Of a DNA stretch of 64,000 nt, positions 53,089-64,000 are shown in pieces. The notes under the pieces are model-generated. The model did not search any database, was not told the DNA's origin, and saw only the letters and a program-made list of their open reading frames with translations. The stretch spans positions 27,778,237 through 27,842,236 of the forward strand of contig NC_068987.1 in assembly GCF_001194135.2 (NCBI RefSeq). Direction: 5' to 3'. Every line of letters begins with the position of its first letter. The first letter of the stretch is position 1. Origin of the DNA: Octopus bimaculoides (taxonomy: Eukaryota). Made by a program: the position numbers and the translations under genes.

Positions 53089-56000
53089 GATATAGTGCGA
53101 TTCAACTGTATATCGCTGAAAGTTTCGTGAGTACTTTGAATGAACGCATCACGTTAGATTTCTGGAGGAGAATAACACGTTTGCGAAAAGTTCAAGTCGG
53201 CTTCTAGATGTCATTCTTCCCTTTATCAGCATAAGTCACATGAGATTAATACAGTGTAAGCCACATCACTTATTTTTTTATTCATAGACCCACGCGCTTA
53301 GACAAAATGTTAGCCGGAAGTTGGTGCCTTTTTAGCTATAATATGCATTGTACTATATTCGGCGACATCAATTCATTGTATTTGGCATCACACATTGGTA
53401 AGGCAGTGTGTTCAACCGTTGCTCAGTAGTCTTTACGACAGTGGCTTTTACGTGGGTGTGTGAATATACGTTAACTCCCCAGTTCGCTATTTCTATGTTC
53501 TCCTGTATCATTCTTTCTCCTTCTACTTCTCTAATATAAATAAAACTAGATATGTATATATACGGTTATGTACGTATCCACATTGTATAACATGTTATTT
53601 TCCAATCTACACTGAGATATCATTTCACTGACCCCAGTCAATGATTGGTTTGTGTATTTATTTAATTATGTGCGTGTGCCTGTCTCCGCGCCGTAAAGGA
53701 GCTGCGCTTTTATTCTGACTGAAGAAATGGACACATACCGAGGTATTGCTCATGAATATGATAACCTATCGAATCTACTCGTACACACATATGCATGAGT
53801 GTATACATTATGCACTGCAAAGATGGTCAAAATATAAATTCGTTAATATAGTTTTATCTGTATTAGTAAAAAATATTTTGCTGCGTTAAGAAACGAGTGA
53901 GGGCATGACTGTGTTGTTTAGAAACGCGCCAATACCTGGTTGTTCATTCTTTACATTCGCTTCGTAACTACTAGAGTTTAGGTTCGATTTCATTTCATGG
54001 AATATAGAGCAAGTGTCTTCTAACGTAGCCGCAGGTTGTCTGGAACTGTGTGAATAACACTTGGGAGATGGAAGCTGGGCGAAATGACACGGCATTGCTT
54101 TTAGCGATCTGCACGCTGATCTAAACATTTGGAATAAATCTCTATTCAGAAAATAGTCATTGGCTACTAAAAATGTGATTGGACAAGTGAAACTGCATAC
54201 TATTGTTTTCATTTTACTTTATTATTTAAATCAATTTCATCTTCATTCTATACTCTAAATATGCCTTGGTTAACTTTAAATCCTCTTTGCCTCAACAGTC
54301 ATTTACTTAGAAATATTTCAAAAAAAAAAACTCATTTGGAAACGCGTTGTTCTATATAAACATGAAAGACCTTGCATATTGTGTACTAAATTTTATCTTA
54401 CAATAAATCCAGTTGCATATGTTGCTATTGTACAATTGTTATGTCTAATTACAGTCGTTTGCCTTATCTGAAACGCTTTAAAATTTAAAGTATTGGCAAG
54501 TAAAGATTAGTAAACTTACGAGGAAATGTGAGCAAAGCCATATCATAATTAATGGCGTTCGCGATACTATCGACAGATACATTTCTTATCCAGTTATTGT
54601 CAGTATCACTTCACGTGACAGCAGAGATATTTCGAAGCAATTTATTTTTCTTGTTTTTATATACTTTACATTGATTTGTTACAATGGTTACACAACGATG
54701 TATTTACTTTATCACGTGACATCCCGACCGAAGCATTCATGGGCCCCATATCAGATTTTCTTTCCACACTTAATCAACTGTATTCTGCCAAATAGTTAAT
54801 GCCTTTATTACCTACGTAAATTAGACATAAATGTGGAGATTTTATACGCTTCTTAGATGTGGGACTATATTATATGGTTTTTCCCGGTACATTTTAAAAG
54901 ACCAACAGAATCTTTCTCCAAATGCGTTTATCGATTATATATTTCAAAGTAGCTTTATGAGTTCGATTAGCGCTGTTTCATATATTTCGATCGCCTACCT
55001 CGTTGTAACTAAAGACGAATACAGAAAAATGGTGACAGTGATTCACATTATATGCTTACAATTTGTGGATGACAAGCAAGCATACAGTAATTGGATTACC
55101 AACTACAGTATCAATTATAGTGACAACATGCAATCTTCATCTACCTTCAGCTTTATAGAGTAATACAGCATAGTCTAAATCTCTATTCAAAGTATCCGAC
55201 CGTAGTTTCATAAAATCTTCATTGCATAAATCATCCGTGTCCTAAACACACCGGTAGAACACTTATTAGAGGAAGACTCTCTGCTATATCGTTTTACTTT
55301 ATAAATCAGGTTATACTCTGAAAATTTAGTCCACCTACTTATGGAAAGATGAAAGCGTTTTTGATTTTCCATGGTTACATGGAAAAAAGAAATTAACATT
55401 TTTACCTATAAGGAGTCACTAGACCAAACAGTTGATTTCATACTGCAAGAGAAAATTATTGAATAAATATTGAACATTACTGTCGAGCTATTCAGGATAT
55501 CATTTCTATGAATATGATTGTGTGAAAGAATCTGGTCCTTAGCATAATTTAGGTTACATTAATATAAATTCATTCTCCCAAGCGATGTTAGCCTTTTCGT
55601 AGTATGATGTATATATTATACGTTGAAACTAAATTTTGATTTCTATATCTTTCTGAATCCAAGTTCAAATAGATTTTGAGAGAAACTTTAGATAGTTAAC
55701 AACATTTAAGTGATACAATATCATATTATTCAGTAAATGATTCCTGGAGCCAAACTGAATTTAACATAAGTGCACAGCCATTCAACTTGAGGCAGGGTTT
55801 CGCTTATTATACTGATGTCTATATCAGAATGGATTTTACTTCATTGACACATGAAATAATGAAAAATGCTTTTAATGTTGGTCGAAATTAGATGCAAAAC
55901 ATTATAACAACACAGGACGTTCTGTCGTCGATCTTCGGATTTTGACAAATATCTGCCTTTCGTAATCCATTAGCGTTTGAGACAAATTAATATATTAACA

Positions 56001-56097
56001 TGTAAACTGCAGTTAAAACTAATATGCATTTAACTATGTAAATATATTCAAAATGATTGAAATGTATACGTGGGTGTGTGTGTGTGTGTGTGTGTGT

Positions 56098-56136
<39 letters not shown>

Positions 56137-57759
56137 TGTGTGTGTGACTGAAACGTGTAAAATGGAGGTGAAGAATTACTCTTGCGACAATTTTTATATG
56201 TGGGCTTTGTATGCAGTATTTATCTTTTAAATTCTCGTTTGCACTAGAAAATATTGAAACAGCGCACTTTTTATCATTAGTTAAAAACCATCATTACCAC
56301 CAATTCTGTTCGTTACTTGTACATGTAATACACTTGACCGTATTATGAAATAAACTATTGTGACTGCATAACTTTCTTTGAATTACTTTAAGGATTTTCG
56401 CTTGTCACATTGAAGTACTTTATTTTTCTTTAAAATTCCAAACTTGTTCATATAGGAATTTTTCTTGATGAAATGCCTTTCCAAATTCCTTGCAACTCTT
56501 TTGTTAGTTGTACAATAAATGACTAATAAGGAATATCACACTAGTTTGTGTTTTTCGGTATTATGTTGACCATGTCAGCTAACTTTCGTTCAACAATTGT
56601 TCCAGAAACAATTCTCTAATTTTTCGAAAAGCTACATTATCTAACACTTCACCTCTTATTGAAAAGGTGAACCTACGTGTAGATATTCAATGTTTCTACT
56701 GTTTTGATTTCTGGCTGTTTATATCGAAGAACTATGTCGTATTAGCATTGTTTTTAATGTTTAATTTTAGTTCTTATTTGTTTTGTTTGTTCTATACGTC
56801 TTCAAATAATTTCTTGATTACTTTCGATGTAATTATTGTATATAGTATGGATGTTCATTAAAACTGGTATTAATTTTCAATAAATTGGCTAGTATCACGG
56901 GAGACTTTTATTTTGGTGTGTTTGTATACATTGTCTAATGTAATTTCGATCTCTGCTTTTACTCGGACATTAGTGAAAAGATTTTTTAGATCAAAAGGTG
57001 GTGACGGTATTTATTCCCATTGCTTCCTCTAAAATATTTAGAAATTCTGCCGATGCATCACACAAAAACCAGAGACTGACACTATTAATACATTACAAAA
57101 ACGGTAAAATCAAAAACATCCTTCACAGCAGCACACCATAAGCATATAAAACCAAGTTCAAGCTACAAATAACCAATGCAATTTATGTATTGGACTGAAA
57201 ATGTGTAAGATGTCAGCTTCATGGTATTAATCGTTACATTTACAGCGACACATGGAGCAACTACACGGCATTATATCAAATACAATAAAACAATTCCTCT
57301 GGTTAACCGATCCACTGAACGTAATTAGTACAAAACAACGGTGCTGAATTTTGTTTTATTTCTAGATATATTAGGGAGTTTACACCTGTCTGTCTATATG
57401 TGTTAACTGTTCTAAAAACTTACACGGCAGTTTGTGTTGTTTTCATTTGACTAGCTAATTAAATATGCAGATATATAGATCGATAACATTAGTACCAAGC
57501 TAACTCGTATAACGCGCGCAACTTGATTAACTAGAATACAGAGATACCTCACTTTACGAGGACCTGCTTTACAAGACCCTGGCTTTAAGAGTTTGCTATC
57601 CTATGTTTACGACTTTTCGTTTCACGAGCGTTCACCGGCAACGAATTACTGTACATGAAATGTGTGCCTTAGATTAGCAATACTTTAATGAGTGAAAGCA
57701 GTAAACACATAACAGATTATAGCATGCATGAGTGAGTGTGTGTGTGCATGCTACACATG

Positions 57760-57811
<52 letters not shown>

Positions 57812-58711
57812 NNNNNNNNNNNNNNNNNNNNNNNNNNNNNNNNNNNNNNNNNNNNNNNNNNNNNNNNNNNNNNNNNNNNNNNNNNNNNNNNNNNNNNNNN
57901 NNNNNNNNNNNNNNNNNNNNNNNNNNNNNNNNNNNNNNNNNNNNNNNNNNNNNNNNNNNNNNNNNNNNNNNNNNNNNNNNNNNNNNNNNNNNNNNNNNNN
58001 NNNNNNNNNNNNNNNNNNNNNNNNNNNNNNNNNNNNNNNNNNNNNNNNNNNNNNNNNNNNNNNNNNNNNNNNNNNNNNNNNNNNNNNNNNNNNNNNNNNN
58101 NNNNNNNNNNNNNNNNNNNNNNNNNNNNNNNNNNNNNNNNNNNNNNNNNNNNNNNNNNNNNNNNNNNNNNNNNNNNNNNNNNNNNNNNNNNNNNNNNNNN
58201 NNNNNNNNNNNNNNNNNNNNNNNNNNNNNNNNNNNNNNNNNNNNNNNNNNNNNNNNNNNNNNNNNNNNNNNNNNNNNNNNNNNNNNNNNNNNNNNNNNNN
58301 NNNNNNNNNNNNNNNNNNNNNNNNNNNNNNNNNNNNNNNNNNNNNNNNNNNNNNNNNNNNNNNNNNNNNNNNNNNNNNNNNNNNNNNNNNNNNNNNNNNN
58401 NNNNNNNNNNNNNNNNNNNNNNNNNNNNNNNNNNNNNNNNNNNNNNNNNNNNNNNNNNNNNNNNNNNNNNNNNNNNNNNNNNNNNNNNNNNNNNNNNNNN
58501 NNNNNNNNNNNNNNNNNNNNNNNNNNNNNNNNNNNNNNNNNNNNNNNNNNNNNNNNNNNNNNNNNNNNNNNNNNNNNNNNNNNNNNNNNNNNNNNNNNNN
58601 NNNNNNNNNNNNNNNNNNNNNNNNNNNNNNNNNNNNNNNNNNNNNNNNNNNNNNNNNNNNNNNNNNNNNNNNNNNNNNNNNNNNNNNNNNNNNNNNNNNN
58701 NNNNNNNNNNN

Positions 58712-59073
58712 TACTTCTCTTCACCCCTACTCTTTCTCTCCTCTCTCTTACTCTCTCTCGCTCTCTTCTCTCGTACTCCCCCTCTCTCACTCTTACTTTC
58801 TACACTCTTACTCTCTTACTCTCTCACTCTCTTCTCTCTTTCCCTCTCTCTCACTCTCTTTCACTCTTACTCTCTACACTCTTACTATCTTACTCTCTCA
58901 CCCTTACTCTCTCTTTCCCTCTCTCTCACTCTCTTATCTCTCACTCTCTTTCTCTTCCTCTCTTTCTCCCCCCATACCCACCTTCCCCCTCTCTCACATA
59001 CACCTTCCCTCTCTTATACCCACCCTCTCTCCTCTCTTCCTCTATTTATCTCCCCTCCCATACTCACCTTCCC
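58712..59073. repeat. Degenerate pyrimidine-rich (CT/CTTA/CTCA) low-complexity tract between gaps
   Basis: Almost no G on the plus strand for 360 bp. Confidence 0.9.
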
Positions 59074-60098
59074 NNNNNNNNNNNNNNNNNNNNNNNNNNN
59101 NNNNNNNNNNNNNNNNNNNNNNNNNNNNNNNNNNNNNNNNNNNNNNNNNNNNNNNNNNNNNNNNNNNNNNNNNTTATTATTATAGGAAGAAATTCAAAAT
59201 CTTACAGCTGTTTCTGGGATATCATTGAGTACGGGATATTCTGTCATCAGAGACAAATTGGGAGAAAAATATGGAAAATGAGAATGGTGTATATCAATTA
59301 GATGACAACATAGAGGAAGGGAGTAAAAGAATAAAGAGATGGAAAGAGAGAAGAAAAAAGACGCATAAAAGTTCATAGTTTAACTTTCCGAAGTTATAGA
59401 AACTAGAGCATGAGTGATTAGGTGTAATCTTGCGTTGATCCATGAGCGTAAGACTTTAGGTGGACTGAACACTGAACTTTGATCTCTGAATTGTCAAAGA
59501 AAAAGGTTAAATCTCTCATTGGTATCCAAATAGAACCAACAACGTCTACAACTAATCACATGCATTCTAACCTACGTGCATTTTTTTTATAAGCCCTTAA
59601 AAATAACCCCACGAACTGAAGCTGATACGTACATCTGATGACAAAGTTATACATGCCTGTATAAATTTTGAACAACACCAAACTTAATCAATAAAAATGT
59701 TCCATAAAATCTCTCCATCACAATCAACCCTACAACTTAATTATTATTGAACAGAGCTCCGCCAAACCCAGAAAATTTGAATTTAACAGAGACTATATAA
59801 TACCAAGATTATTTCAATATATCATAAACCGATGACAGCTTAGCTCGCCAAAATTTGAAAACAGTCAATACGATTCTGTTAAAGAATAATAAATTTGAAC
59901 TCTACAAAATGTATTGTATAATCGTTCAATTTACTATAATTATTGTCAATGAAACCACATTGATACAATATAGGTGTATGTTTGTATGTTTGTATATACA
60001 TATGCACACAGACTCCCCCACACACACTGTAGAATTGCGTGTCTGGCATATTTTATATGTGTGTGCGTATATATACACACATACATACACATATATAT

Positions 60099-60195
<97 letters not shown>

Positions 60196-60329
60196 CAAAC
60201 ATGCATACAATCATACAGCGTACGATGTTTAAATTGCCGTTGTTTTATATTTTTTTTATTTCGCGCGTTCTTATTGTTTGTCTTTGATTTTATCGACTAC
60301 ACAGTATAGTAGAATCAGTTGGGCACCGT

Positions 60330-60773
60330 CTATGAGAAAAAGCGCTATTCACTCAAATTTGGAAATGACATGCTGTACTGCTTGGCATTCGCGCCGGAAG
60401 CTCCAATACAAGCATTTCAGAGTGTTTGCGTGTCAATCTGAGGAGGGTGCATGGGCCGAATGCGATAAAAATCAACCATCCATTCAACATCATGGTGTAA
60501 TCACTAGTGATGGCGACGTTATGCCTCCATTCATCTTCCCACACGGCCCCAGGCTCAACACGGGCGCTTACATCAAGTACCTGGAGGAGGGTCAAGAGAG
60601 TGGCTGCTGCAAGACCCTATGTCTGGTAACAAGACTCTGCACAATGTCACACAAGTAGGAGGACTCAGTCACGGTCGTCAGACAATTTCTGCAAGCACGT
60701 CATCCCTAACATCTGGCCACCTAACTGCCAAGACTGCAAAGCCCTTGATTATAATGTGTGGAGCGCAGTTGAG
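60330..60773 (+). mobile_element. Internally deleted DD37D (maT-family) Tc1/mariner transposase relic
   Basis: IWK*HAVLLGIRAGSSNTSISECLRVNLRRV (HTH) joined to ITSDGDVMPPFIFPHG..YVW*QDSAQCHTSRRTQ..IWPPNCQDCKALDYNVWSAVE. I count 37 residues between the D of QDS and the D of LDY. Confidence 0.85.
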
Positions 60774-61178
60774 TTAGGACAAGGAGAACTCTTGTCACAC
60801 CAATGCTCGGATAATGCTCGGCCACATACAGCGAGAATGACATTCCAAAGGTTGACGCAGTTTGAATGGAAAACAATCCCCACCCATCATATTCTCTGGA
60901 CATTGCCCCCATCTGATTACCATTTTTTCCGCAGTTTTCAAAATCATTTGGACGGAAAAATATATAAATCCTTTAGACAAGTTTAGAACAGTACTGGAGG
61001 AGTATTTTTCGTCACGGACAAATGAATTTTGGAAGAGGGGCCTTGCAAGTTACCAGAGAGATGGAAGAGCATTGTCGAAAATGAAGGAGAGTATATTTTA
61101 CATTAAAAAATAACTATGTACCTTAAATTTGAAAAATATAAGTATAAAAAGCCGCATTATTCATGGGATGACCCAATA
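60774..61178 (+). mobile_element. 3' part of a mariner (DD34D) element with right TIR and TA
   Basis: DNARPHTARMTFQRLTQFEWKTI; after a frameshift HPSYSLDIAPSDYHFFRSFQNHLDGK..FWKRGLA..RWKSIVENEGEY. TIR ccgcattattcatgggatgacccaa-TA. Confidence 0.9.
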
Positions 61179-62207
61179 TATGTAGAACTTTACTGTGTTC
61201 AAGGTGATATAACTTTTCACGTTTCCTTGTTGTTCCTTTCTAGTTGTCATAGGACAATGTTTTTCTACCTGTCAATGGACTATTAGCATTCAAAGACTTC
61301 AGCAGAATGCATACAACGTTTACAGCATGTTGTACTCTTCCGCTATAGAAGTTAGCAAAGAATCGTAAGAGCGAACATTGGATAACATCTACGATTGGTT
61401 AGATTTCATGGTTTATGTTATATGTGGCTATGTCTGTGTGCTGAATTTTTATCGGTAGTCAAGTATTAGTAAACTTCTCATAGTTACACAATAAAATTAC
61501 AGTAAAGTCTCCATAATCACACTTAGTTTTAGTGTAATGGTTTAGCATCAAGTAACTTCTTTCTATTTTTCACCAGTCTACAGTATTCTAGTGAATTGTA
61601 ACGGTTATTTATTGTAAATGCATGACCAATCGACGAAAGAAAATCGTTCTTCTGTGACCGATGCAACAGCTAGGGTGATGAAGATTTACATATCTACACT
61701 GGAATTTCTATATCACAGAATTCGACTGAAGTACGTCCCGTGATTTACCAGTTTGACGTTTCGTGTTTAAGTAGAGGTATATATTCATATATATAAATAT
61801 ATCCTTGGAGTTCAGTAAGATATCGCGTCGAGTTTTAGCATAGGTGAAATGTATGCTGAGTTCAATTTATAACCATTTGACAGTTATATTCATCACCTGT
61901 AACGGGATATTGTTTACTTGCTACGTACGATAACTATGCTTTAATTAGTTCTGCATCATTAGAAAAGGGATTAATCCTTAACAAAATTAGTAAATTTCAA
62001 TACAATCACATATTTTCTTTATGACATTATCGAATTTGAAATCTGTCTCATAATTACAGATACACTCTCACTCACTCACTCACTCTCTCTCACACACTCT
62101 CTCTCTCTCTCTCTTTCCCTCTCTCTCCCACTTACACTCACACAGTATTTCTCTAACCCTCGCTCTCTCTCTAACATACACAAAGTATCTCTCTCTCTCT
62201 CTCTCTC

Positions 62208-62243
<36 letters not shown>

Positions 62244-62957
62244 CATACACGCAGAGAAAGAGAATATAGAATTATAGATAGATAGATATGGATGTAGTGC
62301 ATCAAAAATCTCTAAGAACTACAGCGCAATCATGTGATGTCCAGTTTGATCCCATGTGATGTATCTGTGGTCGAAGCCTTTATAAATAGCCTTTTGTCTG
62401 CCCAAGTACGGTGAAAGCATTTAAGTGCAGTGTGAAGACCTATCGGATGGATTCAAAAGGTTAGCATAGTCAAATATTTCCCGTTGACCCAAGCAACTCA
62501 ACTGGCAAAATAAACTAATCCTATGTTGAACCGGTGTCCGGTCCAGAATCTGGGAAACCGGGTTCAAGTCTCTTTAGACCATTGAAAACATAGAGACAGA
62601 CCAGTGGAAACTCACATGTCTAAAAAGGAAACCTTAACATTTTTTGTGAAGTTTTGAATTTAAGCCTAGCCTCAACCGCAAGCGCGCGCTATCCGACACA
62701 TCAGCACGCTGTACGCAATAGGCGCCCAATTTACCAGCCCAACTATAATATTATTTACCAATATTACTGATATTATTCCCTTATAAAAAATATGAACTGA
62801 CAGAATATTTTGCGCATTGGACAAAAATGTTTAATGGTATTTCTACATGTTCTTAAATAAGTGCAAATTCCGCTGGAGTTTAAAATCGACTTGTTTGCTC
62901 CTCTAAAACTTGCACGTCTTATGCCAACGTTACAAACTATTATTATTTACCGTCTTT

Positions 62958-63132
62958 AAAGCGGTGAGCCGGTAGAATTGCTAGCAACATGCTTAGCGGC
63001 ATTTCCTGCATCTTTACGTTTTGTGTTCAGAGGTCGACTTTGCTTTTCACACTCGCAAAGTCGATAAAATAAGATTTAATCGACTTACCCCACCCCTCAA
63101 AATTGCTGAGCTTGTACCAAAATTTCAAATCA
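62958..63132 (+). mobile_element. Decayed, internally deleted family-B SINE
   Basis: aaagcggtgagccggtagaattgctagc..atgcttagcggcatttc..gaggtcgactttgctttt..gtcgataaaataag. Confidence 0.7.
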
Positions 63133-63689
63133 TCATTTGCCGTCTTTCATGTAACACGTTATTTATTTGTGAGATATTTTTATAAACAGACATCGAGTGA
63201 GAACAGTTGTTTTCACAACTATCCTATAGCGTTACAGATGTTCTTAATTTCTAAAAATATACTTTATCAATTGTTTTCCTTTATTTTTTTTTTAATAACT
63301 AAAAGTAACTTTGCTTTCAAAATTTCTTATTCTGCTAGATAATTGCTTTTACTTTATTTGTTACTATTATCTGTCTGACACTCGCTGCTGCTGCTGGTGT
63401 TGCTGCTGCTATTTCTTCCCCCTTAAGCATTTTGTGTCAGCCCATCCCCCATTGTCTCTACTCTGTGTACATGATAGATTCGCTTCTTTGAAGTCACTAA
63501 TTCTTGCTTATGCTGTACTCTACAAGACCAGAAGTGCCCCAATTTAAGAGAAGGAAGGAAGAGGGAGTACAAGAATTTCAACCCAGTGCTAAATTCTATG
63601 ACCTACTACTAGCTCCAAGCAACAAGAACAGCTGACCTATATAGATGCGAAAGAAATTATATTCAAAACTCTGAAGCCTAATTACATAG

Positions 63690-63810
63690 TTCCTGGTTCA
63701 TTCCCATTGTCTGAAGCTTAAGGCAATTTCTTCTACTATAGCTCCGAGCCCACTAAAGCCTATCGAGTAGATTTCGTTGAAAGCAACTATAAGAAGCCCG
63801 TCTTATAGGT
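63690..63810 (+). mobile_element. Decayed family-C SINE CORE-like region
   Basis: aggcaatttcttctactatagctccgagcccactaaagcc..aagaagcccgtc aligns to 38480-38565. Confidence 0.6.
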
Positions 63811-64000
63811 GGATGTCGGTATGCACATACCTGTACGTATATATGCATATACTCATTTACTATTTGTTTTTACATGACCAAACGCAGCGTCACCAATCTG
63901 TAAGTTTAGTTTTCGCAACTTTATATTTTCCGACGCTACTCTATCTCTTTCTCTTCTCTTCCTCTTCAATTTTCCCCCTCTCGTTCTTGCTCTGTTTACT

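Noticed and set aside
3656-53712. Shared cgtaa(a)ggagct(c/g)cgcttt motif at 3656-3674 and 53692-53712
   Set aside because: Only about 20 nt with mismatches and unrelated flanks; could be chance or a tiny TE remnant.
422-59301. Long ORFs in the track containing X runs or YIYI/HTHT/CVCV/ERER peptides (for example 20987-21833, 27825-28673, 47310-48005, 57717-59301)
   Set aside because: They are translations of N-gaps and dinucleotide microsatellites, not genes.
1-64000. CRISPR array or prokaryotic operon/defence system
   Set aside because: No regularly spaced repeat-spacer array and no dense ORFs; the sequence is eukaryotic intron and repeat DNA.

Overview
AT-rich, microsatellite-dense, gap-ridden eukaryotic (metazoan) DNA. 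The SINE families and repeat texture look like Octopus; this is an inference from recall, not a database result. The window is almost entirely non-coding. The only host coding sequence I can support is one minus-strand exon (41079-40918) encoding a signal peptide plus WWTYEGISG, the N-terminus of a carbonic anhydrase-related protein (CA10/CARP-like). I found no further exon of it in the 40 kb downstream. Two candidate minus-strand promoters lie upstream (about 41.4 kb and 44.7 kb), with a decayed Ty3/gypsy element between them. The rest is decayed mobile DNA: tRNA-headed SINEs, RTE and R4/Dong-type LINE pieces, two mariner relics, a DD37D (maT) relic and a Penelope-like element (PLE). Most notable: (1) a PLE whose GIY-YIG nuclease motif is split by a roughly 200-residue low-complexity insert and which sits in a local inversion/duplication; (2) four sequence-unrelated minimal hammerhead-ribozyme-like motifs, one forming a head-to-head palindrome; (3) a 69% GC structured segment fused to a SINE body where the pol III head would be. 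Most long ORFs in the supplied track are microsatellite or N-gap artefacts.
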